A stretch of 25,231 bases of DNA from a virus (Duplodnaviria > Caudoviricetes). The translations under genes were made by a program, and so were the position numbers. The DNA is taken from positions 1 to 25,231 of the IMG/VR virus record IMGVR_UViG_3300047507_000084. One strand, 5' to 3'. The notes beneath the pieces were generated by a model. It searched no databases, had not been told where the DNA came from, and worked only from the letters and a program-made list of their open reading frames with translations. Below, one piece after another: positions 16,899 through 23,864 of this stretch (position 1 is its first letter; each line of letters begins with the position of its first letter).

Positions 16899-17719
16899 GG
16901 GTTTTTACCTCCTCTATATTTTGACATTTTTTTTGCCACGATCGTCGGCCGACACCATTCCCGCTGGAACCGCCTCCAGTCCCCGTCAGCCCGGCGTCCT
17001 TCGCCGTCGCAGTAAAGCATGGCGAACGGGAGGACCCCGAGTGACAGGACGAACTCAAGCCTCTCTGAGGCCGCGGGGAACGCATCGCCCGGATATCCGA
17101 CCAGCACGTAGGCCGACAACGAGTGATGGCTCTCCCTGTGGCCGACGCGCCTCATAATCGAGACGGCCGACGCCAGGGCATCCTTTTCCGATGGCCGGTC
17201 GTAGGCGAAATAAATCGACTGCGGTTTCAATCGCAACAGGTCCTCGGCGATCCAAGTCTCCATCCTCGCGGCCTCCAGCCCCCCCGTGAATTCCGCCCGC
17301 CTCGGTTGCCTCTCGAGCATCGCGAAGACCCCCTTCACGTGGTCCTTCGAGCAGGCCAGGAGCTTCCATCCGTCCCTGATCGGAAGTTCCCGGATCCCGC
17401 CCTCCCGTTCAGGGACCGCGCAGAACCAGCATCTGTTGGGGCACCCCCTCGAGGTGATGACATAACCCTCCTTGAGGTACCTGCCGACGATGAACTCTCC
17501 GCCCGGATCCTTGAGCGCCGGGCCCCCGATCATTACCGGGATCCCGCGCCGCTCCCAGGAGTCGGCCACGAGGCCGGCCAGGCGCAGGTCCTTCGTGAAG
17601 GTCACGCTGACATGCACCTCGTCGCACTCGGGCGGGAAGAGATCGGGGAACCCGACCCTCGCCATGGCGTCGTCAGGGGTCGCCTGGGTCCGCCGCGGGA
17701 AGATCCTTAGGACCCTCAT
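16895..17719 (-). CDS. Radical SAM-superfamily protein
   Basis: TSRGCPNRCWFC (CxxxCxxC), FTGGLEA, YFAYD, YVLVGYPGD. Confidence 0.8.
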   Translation of the reverse strand: MRVLRIFPRRTQATPDDAMARVGFPDLFPPECDEVHVSVTFTKDLRLAGLVADSWERRGIPVMIGGPALKDPGGEFIVGRYLKEGYVITSRGCPNRCWFCAVPEREGGIRELPIRDGWKLLACSKDHVKGVFAMLERQPRRAEFTGGLEAARMETWIAEDLLRLKPQSIYFAYDRPSEKDALASAVSIMRRVGHRESHHSLSAYVLVGYPGDAFPAASERLEFVLSLGVLPFAMLYCDGEGRRADGDWRRFQREWCRPTIVAKKMSKYRGGKNP

Positions 17720-18264
17720 TTTCCTTCGTCCGGCCGCTTCAGGTATTTGGACGCAAACAGGGCCAGGTTGACCCGGTCCTTGATTCCCGTTTTTTTATGG
17801 ATATTTTTAATGTGGGTCCGCAGTGTGTTCATCGAGACATGGAGCCGTGCGGCCATATCGTCGTTCCGCATGCCGAGCCCGATCATCCATAAAATCGCTT
17901 TCTCCGATCGTGTCAGTTTTATCAACCTCGTCTCCTCCTCTTCAATTCTCTCCAGGTGTGGATCCGCCGGATCCACGGTCAATTGGAGGGTGACTGGCCG
18001 CCGACTGCGCGTCCGCCAATAATCCGCGACCTGGCGCTGAGCGATCCTGGAGGCCAGGGCCTGGGGGTTTTTTATCGTCCCCTCCTCCATGATCTTATTG
18101 AAGGCCCGCCAGATATTCAGCAAGGCGTCCTGGTAGACGTCCCATATATCCTGCCCGGGTACCTTGGCGCCGACGATCGAGAGAAGGAGACACCGGGCCC
18201 CCTCCTCGAAGGCCACAAAATACCGCGAGCGCTGAAAAAGTTTGCCTTGGTCCATAGCGCTCAT
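17716..18264 (-). CDS. ECF-type sigma region 2 fused to a LuxR-type HTH
   Basis: DVYQDALLNIWRA..LASRIAQRQVADYWR; LTRSEKAILWMIGLGMRNDDMAARLHVSMNTLRTHIKNIHKKTGIKDR. Confidence 0.75.
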   Translation of the reverse strand: MSAMDQGKLFQRSRYFVAFEEGARCLLLSIVGAKVPGQDIWDVYQDALLNIWRAFNKIMEEGTIKNPQALASRIAQRQVADYWRTRSRRPVTLQLTVDPADPHLERIEEEETRLIKLTRSEKAILWMIGLGMRNDDMAARLHVSMNTLRTHIKNIHKKTGIKDRVNLALFASKYLKRPDEGK

Positions 18265-18932
18265 TTCGGCCACTCCTGAATCAACGGCCCCTTCCAGATA
18301 TCTCTGAGATTATTTTTGAGAAAGACCGGGATTTCAAAACCTTTGGCAATATTCACTAATGATCTTATAGTCTCGAATTTTGGATCGTGAGAATGACCAT
18401 GCCCTGTCAATCTTCCGATGATAATCCATTTAAGACCGCAGAGAAAACCATTGGGATAATTTTGAAATACTTCGCTCAATAGCGGCTCAAAGGAAACGAA
18501 TTTAACTTTTGCCTTCGTCTCATAGTGCAATTTATAAAGCCGTTGTATGTCTTTGTCTTCGGTTATACTTACCCCGATCCAAACATTATCCGGCATCGGG
18601 CGGTCAATGTTCTCCGGCATCTTGGTCAGGATGATGAAGGTATGTTCAGGGTTGCCTTCGATCAGACTGAAAATCCGGTTCCTCCAATTATCGGTGATTT
18701 CTGGATGGAAAAGTTCCATGGTTGAGCAGACAAAAATCCGGCTCGGTTTTGCCGGGAAAAGTCCACCCCACACGAGCATAAGTCGCGGATCCAATTTGAA
18801 CCGCTTATAGATTTTCTGGGCATAGCAGTACCAGCAACCGACCGGACAGGCCCCCTGGATGGGATTCCAGGAGTAACCTTGAGACCCATCCAGGTTCCTG
18901 ACCCACTCGATTTTTGTTTTTTGGATGCTCAT
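18261..18932 (-). CDS. Phage Gp37/Gp68 (DUF5131) family protein
   Basis: KTKIEW..SWNPIQG.CPVGCWYCYA, IFVCSTMELFH, HTFIILTK, NVWIGVSI, KFVSFEPLL, WIIIG, IPVFLK. Confidence 0.88.
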   Translation of the reverse strand: MSIQKTKIEWVRNLDGSQGYSWNPIQGACPVGCWYCYAQKIYKRFKLDPRLMLVWGGLFPAKPSRIFVCSTMELFHPEITDNWRNRIFSLIEGNPEHTFIILTKMPENIDRPMPDNVWIGVSITEDKDIQRLYKLHYETKAKVKFVSFEPLLSEVFQNYPNGFLCGLKWIIIGRLTGHGHSHDPKFETIRSLVNIAKGFEIPVFLKNNLRDIWKGPLIQEWPK

Positions 18933-19042
18933 TTCCTTCTCACAATTCCGTCCCACGTCCATTTGGCGAGTAGGCCGAAGACCAGCAAAATCAGGAGCGC
19001 GGCGATACCAAAAAGAGACTCGATAAACTGTAGGCCTGTCAT
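18929..19042 (-). CDS. Small single-TM protein (37 aa; not in ORF track)
   Basis: MTGLQFIESLFGIAALLILLVFGLLAKW..; ATGA overlaps at both ends. Confidence 0.45.
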   Translation of the reverse strand: MTGLQFIESLFGIAALLILLVFGLLAKWTWDGIVRRK

Positions 19043-19269
19043 GGTTTAGCCCTTATACTTCTTTTGAGAGGAAGTAAGGCCATACCTACCCCTTCTCTGA
19101 TCCAATTCTGTACATCGGCATCTTTCATCCCTTGTTTAAATTCTACAAGGTCAAGCGGAGATCCTCCTGGCTCCATGAATTCTTCCGCATGAATCAGTAA
19201 TCCACCCAGTTTTACCAGGAGAGATAACGCTGGTTTTTCCCATGTTGTTACCGTGTCTTTATCGCTCAT
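19039..19269 (-). CDS. Hypothetical protein (76 aa)
   Basis: Part of a translationally coupled small-ORF chain. Confidence 0.6.
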   Translation of the reverse strand: MSDKDTVTTWEKPALSLLVKLGGLLIHAEEFMEPGGSPLDLVEFKQGMKDADVQNWIREGVGMALLPLKRSIRAKP

Positions 19270-19424
19270 TTCTTCCCTACCTTCGCGCGCCAGGGCTTCG
19301 CCTTGATGTCCGCCAAGACCTTCCTCATCTCGGCGAGGATTTTGTCGCAGCGTTCCACATCGCGCTCGAATTTTTTCTCTGCCTTATCGTCCGTCGCCAT
19401 ACATCCTTGCCCGACAATGATCAT
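19266..19424 (-). CDS. Hypothetical protein (52 aa; not in ORF track)
   Basis: MIIVGQGCMATDDKAEKKFERD..; GGAGGG RBS; ATGA overlap. Confidence 0.5.
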   Translation of the reverse strand: MIIVGQGCMATDDKAEKKFERDVERCDKILAEMRKVLADIKAKPWRAKVGKK

Positions 19425-19442
19425 TTTTCCCTCCCCAATACT

Positions 19443-19643
19443 TTAATCATTCTCCGGCCCCGGATTGTCGGCCATCTTATTTATGATCCATTCTTCTATC
19501 TCAGCGATCTCACAATGGAGGGGATTAGTATAAAAAATTCGTGCTTTTTCGGCGAGGTCCAGGGAATCATAAACCCCGCAAATATGATAGTCCTCATACG
19601 TACCCCCGGTGACGATATAAACGATTCTTTTATTATCGTCCAT
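19443..19643 (-). CDS. Small phage protein (66 aa)
   Basis: VYIVTGGTYEDYHICGVY.S...AE..IEEW, a common small phage-protein pattern; strong RBS. Confidence 0.65.
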   Translation of the reverse strand: MDDNKRIVYIVTGGTYEDYHICGVYDSLDLAEKARIFYTNPLHCEIAEIEEWIINKMADNPGPEND

Positions 19644-19664
19644 CCTCTCCCCTCCTCACTATTT

Positions 19665-19859
19665 TTATTTCCTCTTAAGCAGAGAGTCTATCCTTTTTTG
19701 CAACTCCGGATGTTTCTTCCCGTACTCTTTTAATTCCTTTATCTTGGGCTGTAGAACGAACTCGTCGAATAAATCGGCAAAACTAACCTCAAATCGAAAC
19801 GTATGAGCACCGCAGTTAACCACTACGGTCGAGGTCTTCTTTCGTTTATTTGGTTTCAT
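19665..19859 (-). CDS. Hypothetical protein (64 aa)
   Basis: ORF in the small-gene chain. Confidence 0.5.
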   Translation of the reverse strand: MKPNKRKKTSTVVVNCGAHTFRFEVSFADLFDEFVLQPKIKELKEYGKKHPELQKRIDSLLKRK

Positions 19860-19983
19860 GGCCGCTATACCATCTCATAAATTTCTGAAATCGGCCGCAT
19901 ATCCAGGCCGTCCATTTATATCGATGTTCATGGTGGGCAAAACTGGAGCATGTCCAAACAAATCTCATTTTATACTTTTTCAT
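19846..19983 (-). CDS. Hypothetical protein (45 aa; not in ORF track)
   Basis: MKKYKMRFVWTCSSFAHHEHRYKWTAWICG..; ATGA overlap with the RlpA-like gene stop. Confidence 0.4.
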   Translation of the reverse strand: MKKYKMRFVWTCSSFAHHEHRYKWTAWICGRFQKFMRWYSGHETK

Positions 19984-20522
19984 TTCCTCAGCACCTTGAT
20001 CCTTACGGCTACGATGCCGTCGTCCAGCATCCCCAGCTCCGCGGCCACGGCCTTCGAGACGTCGAGCTCCCGGCCCTTGACGAACGGCCCCCTATCATTG
20101 ATCCGGGCCATCGCGAATCTCCCGTTCTTCAGGTTCTCGACGAAGACGATCGTGCCGATCGGCAGCGTCCTGTGCGCGGCCGTCATGGCGTTCAAGTCGA
20201 AAAGCTCCCGGTCCTTCCAGTTCGCCGTCTGCCGGTTATGGAAGCCGTCGGCGTAGTAACTGGCCGTGATGATCATGCCCCGGACCTCTGGCGCCTCGGC
20301 CAGGGCTTCATCGCGTAAGCTCTGCCGAATATCCCCGAGCGAGGCCGTGAGCGACCCCGTGATCGGCAACTCCTGGGCCGGCCCGATGACGATCGGTTCC
20401 GCCCGGATCCCGCTCCGGACCCAGAAACCGACCGGCAACCCGAAGAGAAAACCGATGACGATGGCGCCCGCGATCGTCATGATGAACTTATCCGACGCGA
20501 CTTCGATATTATTTTTTTTCAT
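19980..20522 (-). CDS. rlpA: RlpA-family lytic transglycosylase (double-psi beta-barrel) with N-terminal membrane anchor
   Basis: ASYYADGFHNRQTAN..FDLNAMTAAHRTLPIGT.V.VENLKNGR..RINDRGPFVKGRELDVSKAVA.ELG. Confidence 0.88.
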   Translation of the reverse strand: MKKNNIEVASDKFIMTIAGAIVIGFLFGLPVGFWVRSGIRAEPIVIGPAQELPITGSLTASLGDIRQSLRDEALAEAPEVRGMIITASYYADGFHNRQTANWKDRELFDLNAMTAAHRTLPIGTIVFVENLKNGRFAMARINDRGPFVKGRELDVSKAVAAELGMLDDGIVAVRIKVLRK

Positions 20523-20917
20523 CAGGCCCTCCTCTTCCCGTATATTATGGCGATCTCGACCCTTGGTTCTTTGCTAGCGCGCCTTTCCATAGCCGTGAAC
20601 ATGAACCAGGCCGGCGAGTCGTCGACGATCAGACCATTCTGCTTCAGCCCGTCGATGATCAGCTTCAACCCGGCAGCCAGGTTGTCCTGGTCGGTCCGGC
20701 CGACGCCCCTCTTTTTAAACACGACGAACTGGGCCTGGGCCCTCGCCCGCGGGATCTCCAGGTCGTTTACCGCCCTCCAGCCCGCCAGCGCCGCCATGAC
20801 GTCCTTGCTGATCGCCTTCTGCAGGCGGGTCCTGGCCGTCCAGTGCATCCTCAGAAGCCGGTTCGCCGACGGGACCCTGGTACCCGGAAGGATCAGGCGG
20901 ATGATCTCGGCTTTCAC
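20522..20917 (-). CDS. RusA-like Holliday junction resolvase
   Basis: PSANRL..HW, RTDQDNL..GLKLIIDGL..GLIVDDS, PRVEI. Confidence 0.75.
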   Translation of the reverse strand: MKAEIIRLILPGTRVPSANRLLRMHWTARTRLQKAISKDVMAALAGWRAVNDLEIPRARAQAQFVVFKKRGVGRTDQDNLAAGLKLIIDGLKQNGLIVDDSPAWFMFTAMERRASKEPRVEIAIIYGKRRA

Positions 20918-21150
20918 GGATTCTTTCCCTGGGCCGCCTTTATCAACGGCAGGACCGATATCACAAATTGCTCGGCAGCCATCAGCGCCTCCTGGTCCAG
21001 CAGGACCTGGTTTCGAAGCCTTTCGATTTCCCCGGATTGCCTAACGCAGGCGCAGATAGCTTTATACATAACGCCTTCTTCCCCGTCAAAATACTCACTT
21101 GCCTGGTTGTCCTCTATTATGCCTCGATAGGTATCCAGTTCCTCCAGCAT
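20914..21150 (-). CDS. Hypothetical protein (78 aa)
   Basis: ORF whose stop overlaps the next GTG start. Confidence 0.5.
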   Translation of the reverse strand: MLEELDTYRGIIEDNQASEYFDGEEGVMYKAICACVRQSGEIERLRNQVLLDQEALMAAEQFVISVLPLIKAAQGKNP

Positions 21151-21170
21151 TCGCTCAACAGTCGGCTTGG

Positions 21171-21461
21171 TTATGGCTTCTTCTCCTCTACTTCAATCTC
21201 GAGGTCGGCGAGAAACTTTTCAATTATTCCCATCTTTTCTTTGAGTGTTTGATGATAACCATACGTATCGAAAACAAGGTTCTCCACCCGCTCCCGCGTC
21301 ACGGTTCGCGGCTCCCCGGAGTGTTCGATTAGGTCACGATAATAATTGATTATCTGTTGCTCCCTGAATGTTCGATCGTGTTCGTGCGGGATGGGGAATG
21401 ATCGAGGAAACCCACAAGAACACAAGGGCATTTCTTCCTTCGTCGGTTTCTCTTCGCTCAT
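21171..21461 (-). CDS. Hypothetical protein (96 aa)
   Basis: GAGGGG RBS; CSCG..HEH motif. Confidence 0.6.
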   Translation of the reverse strand: MSEEKPTKEEMPLCSCGFPRSFPIPHEHDRTFREQQIINYYRDLIEHSGEPRTVTRERVENLVFDTYGYHQTLKEKMGIIEKFLADLEIEVEEKKP

Positions 21462-21471
21462 GGTTTCCCCT

Positions 21472-21666
21472 CTATACGAGAAATTTGCTTATCCGGGCCG
21501 CCTCGTCCGGCCCGACCTGCGCCCGTCTTTCGCTCATCACGACGCTGTAATAATCGCCCATCTTCCCCTGGAAGAACGGATCGCCGGCCGGGGCGGTCCG
21601 CCACTTCCTGAGCAGATCTTCATAGGATGCTGAATCGATCCAGGCCTTTATTTGTTCTTCGCTCAT
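21472..21666 (-). CDS. Small phage protein (64 aa)
   Basis: WIDSASYEDLLRKWR.AP.GDPFFQG..GDYY; ATGA overlap. Confidence 0.65.
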   Translation of the reverse strand: MSEEQIKAWIDSASYEDLLRKWRTAPAGDPFFQGKMGDYYSVVMSERRAQVGPDEAARISKFLV

Positions 21667-21857
21667 GCCTTCCTCTTCGGGTCCAGGACAGGCCTCCCGC
21701 AGAAGGGGCAGTAGTCGATGCCGATTTCCTCGTGCTCGCCCGCGATCTCGACCGTGAGCTCGCCATGGTCCGTCCCCACGTTGAACGAGCCGTTCCTCAC
21801 GTAGTCCTTCATCCCCTCGCAGCAGAACGAGATCTTCATCCCGGTTTTTTCGGACAT
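21663..21857 (-). CDS. Small Cys-rich protein (64 aa)
   Basis: MSEKTG..FCCEGM..IDYCPFCG; GAGGAGG RBS. Confidence 0.6.
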   Translation of the reverse strand: MSEKTGMKISFCCEGMKDYVRNGSFNVGTDHGELTVEIAGEHEEIGIDYCPFCGRPVLDPKRKA

Positions 21858-22375
21858 GGCTTTTCCTCCTCTATTTCGGCAAGCCGTCTCCGGTTGTCCT
21901 CGACTTGCTTCCTGATGTCGGCTTCCAATAGGGGCGCCTCTTTCGCTTTCCTCCTGGCCACGTCCTTGTAGACCCTGGTAAAATGGCTCCGATCGTAACC
22001 GTCCTGTTCTGGGTTGCACCCCCCGAATCGTTCCCAGGATCCGAAGGCGATGCGGACGGATTCGTCTAGAACCTCGTCCCCCGCCCTGGCGCCGGTGATG
22101 ATCATCTCGTTCGCCCCCCTCCAGGCGGCGAGGGCGCGGCGGTTTAGTTCGTTCTCGCCCGTCCTGGTTGCCTTTTCCTCGATCTCCGCGATCGTTGGGA
22201 GGCAGTTGATTTTTCGCTCGTGGATGATTTCCTCGGCCGCCCTTTCGAGGTCGGCCATGGGGATGTGTTTCAGATACGCCCAATAAAAGGCTACCCGGTC
22301 GGTCATGATCCCGTTGTTCTCAAACGCCGTCGCCAATTTCGCCATCAGGATCGCGAATCTTTTTTTATCCTCCAT
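21836..22375 (-). CDS. Putative helicase loader/inhibitor-like replication accessory protein
   Basis: MEDKKRFAILM..L..AF..YW.YL..I...L..A..LPTIAEI; directly downstream of the initiator. Confidence 0.6.
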   Translation of the reverse strand: MEDKKRFAILMAKLATAFENNGIMTDRVAFYWAYLKHIPMADLERAAEEIIHERKINCLPTIAEIEEKATRTGENELNRRALAAWRGANEMIITGARAGDEVLDESVRIAFGSWERFGGCNPEQDGYDRSHFTRVYKDVARRKAKEAPLLEADIRKQVEDNRRRLAEIEEEKPCPKKPG

Positions 22376-23183
22376 CTTTTTTCTCCTCCGCTTCCAGCCA
22401 TGCCTTGATCCCGTCATAACGGTCGGCCCCGGACGCTCTTTTGGCCTTCATGTAGAGTTGATCCCACTGCTCCCGGAGCTTGGGCATGGAAAGAATGTTC
22501 GTCTTCCAAAAACCGTCCTTCTGCGAGAACCGGATTATTGTTTCTATTTCGCTCGCCGATTTCCCGTCTGCCTCTCTCAGCAGCCGGCACTGCCTGATCC
22601 ACTCCTCCTGGCGCTTTTGGGTAAGCCTCATGAGGATGGACGATTTAGGGTTGTTCCTCTCCATGAGGGAGACAAGGAGCTGGACCAACACCTCGTCCGG
22701 ATCCGTCTTGGATCCAGGACAAGAAGAAGAGTTAACTTCCCTTAACTTATCTTCCCTTAACTTATCTTTACTTAAGCTTCCATTTGGAGCCGGTTGGATT
22801 CCAACTGGTTCCACCCGTCTTCCATCCTCATATTTCAGGTACCCCTTCGGCTCCGGATATTCGGCCTTTTTCGGCCGGTCCGTCTTGAATGTCTGGTGCT
22901 TCCCAAAATCAACAACCTCAAGGTACCGCTCCCCGTTCACCTCATAGACCCGGATGAGCCCGATCTGCCACAACTCGTCTACCCTCCGGGCGATCTCCTT
23001 CAGGCCAATTCTCTTCCTGAGCGTGTAGGTCTGCCCCTTCAGGATCTCCGGCCTGGCGTGGTAGCGGCCATAGTCGTCGGCGCTGATGTTGGCCCGGTAA
23101 TAGAGGTTCTCGGCCCCCTCGGAGACCGCGTTCACTTTCTGACTGAGAATAACCACCTTGTCGATCATGCGTCCCCTCGCCAT
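22365..23183 (-). CDS. Phage replication initiator (replisome organiser-like)
   Basis: MARGRMIDK..LYY..ADDYGR N-terminal domain, internal low-complexity repeats, C-terminal FWKTNILSMPKLREQWDQL; TAAGGAG RBS. Confidence 0.8.
   Translation of the reverse strand: MARGRMIDKVVILSQKVNAVSEGAENLYYRANISADDYGRYHARPEILKGQTYTLRKRIGLKEIARRVDELWQIGLIRVYEVNGERYLEVVDFGKHQTFKTDRPKKAEYPEPKGYLKYEDGRRVEPVGIQPAPNGSLSKDKLREDKLREVNSSSCPGSKTDPDEVLVQLLVSLMERNNPKSSILMRLTQKRQEEWIRQCRLLREADGKSASEIETIIRFSQKDGFWKTNILSMPKLREQWDQLYMKAKRASGADRYDGIKAWLEAEEKKDGG
22736..22812. repeat. Tandem 15-mers plus imperfect palindrome inside the initiator gene (candidate origin)
   Basis: CTTCCCTTAACTTAT x2 (22736-22765); GGAGCCGGTTGGA-T-TCCAACTGGTTCC (22786-22812). 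Confidence 0.45.
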
Positions 23184-23314
23184 TCCGATCTCCTTATTCT
23201 CAAAAATAAACCCCGCGCCGAGCTGATGGAACGCCGGCCTCGGGACGAGACCAGAGACAGACATCGGCGCAGGGCCTATTTGATTCGGGGTCCATTGGCG
23301 CGTTCCATGGTTCA

Positions 23315-23344
23315 AGCCTATAATTTAAAAATGGCCTTTGTCAA
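23315..23344 (-). promoter_or_regulatory. Candidate sigma70 promoter for the replication operon, TTGACA-18 nt-TAGGCT
   Basis: AT-rich intergenic segment just downstream of a terminator-like stem. Confidence 0.5.
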
Positions 23345-23354
23345 GCGGAATTTT

Positions 23355-23430
23355 AAAAGGGGCCGGGCGGGCCGCCCGGGGAGGGCGGCAGCAATCAAGG
23401 GGGTTGTGATGGTCTTTTTTGCCCGGCCCC
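23355..23430 (-). terminator. Terminator-like branched stem
   Basis: GGGGCCGGGC/GCCCGGCCCC 10-bp stem followed by TTTT, enclosing a GCCGCCC/GGGCGGC hairpin; starts just after a stop codon. Confidence 0.45.
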
Positions 23431-23436
23431 GGATTG

Positions 23437-23646
23437 TCACGGCAGCATGTCCCTGAGCCGCTCGAGCTGGTCGACGAGGTGGAGGACGGCGCGGTCCCCC
23501 TCGCCGACCATAAACCTGGTGATCTCGCGGGTGATCTCGTACTTGGTCATCGACTTGAGTTTTTTGGTCGAGACGGCGGTCTCGGTCGTATGAAATATCA
23601 GGAGCGTCTTGGGCGCCCCGAAAATCTTCCAGATCAAGCGTCTCAT
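23437..23646 (-). CDS. Hypothetical protein (69 aa)
   Basis: MRRLIWKIFG.. after AAGGAGG RBS. Confidence 0.6.
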   Translation of the reverse strand: MRRLIWKIFGAPKTLLIFHTTETAVSTKKLKSMTKYEITREITRFMVGEGDRAVLHLVDQLERLRDMLP

Positions 23647-23662
23647 GGTTCCCTCCTTTAAA

Positions 23663-23860
23663 AAAAACGATGGGGTTGGCCTACCTATATTGCGCGCTTG
23701 CGCGCGGACGGCATCATCAGCCGCCGGGGTTGGTTGCTGTGTCCGCGGCTGATCTAGAATACTGACCGCGAAGTGACTGAGAGGGTCGCTCTCACGCGTA
23801 GCGCCCCTCGAAGGAAGGTCCTCTTCGGAGCCGCCCCCACCGCCGAACCCCATCGTTTTT
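23663..23860 (-). ncRNA. Candidate structured RNA (multi-way junction, ~200 nt)
   Basis: Perfect 15-bp closing stem AAAAACGATGGGGTT/AACCCCATCGTTTTT enclosing four hairpins, one capped by a GCAA tetraloop; fills the whole intergenic gap. Confidence 0.6.
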
Positions 23861-23864
23861 AATC

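Noticed and set aside
16921-16950. Plus-strand TTGACA as an antisense promoter
   Set aside because: No plausible -10 box at a suitable distance
23713-23719. CUGAUGA hammerhead ribozyme core within the structured RNA
   Set aside because: No GAAA follows a stem II, and most of the motif is sequestered in a 9-bp helix
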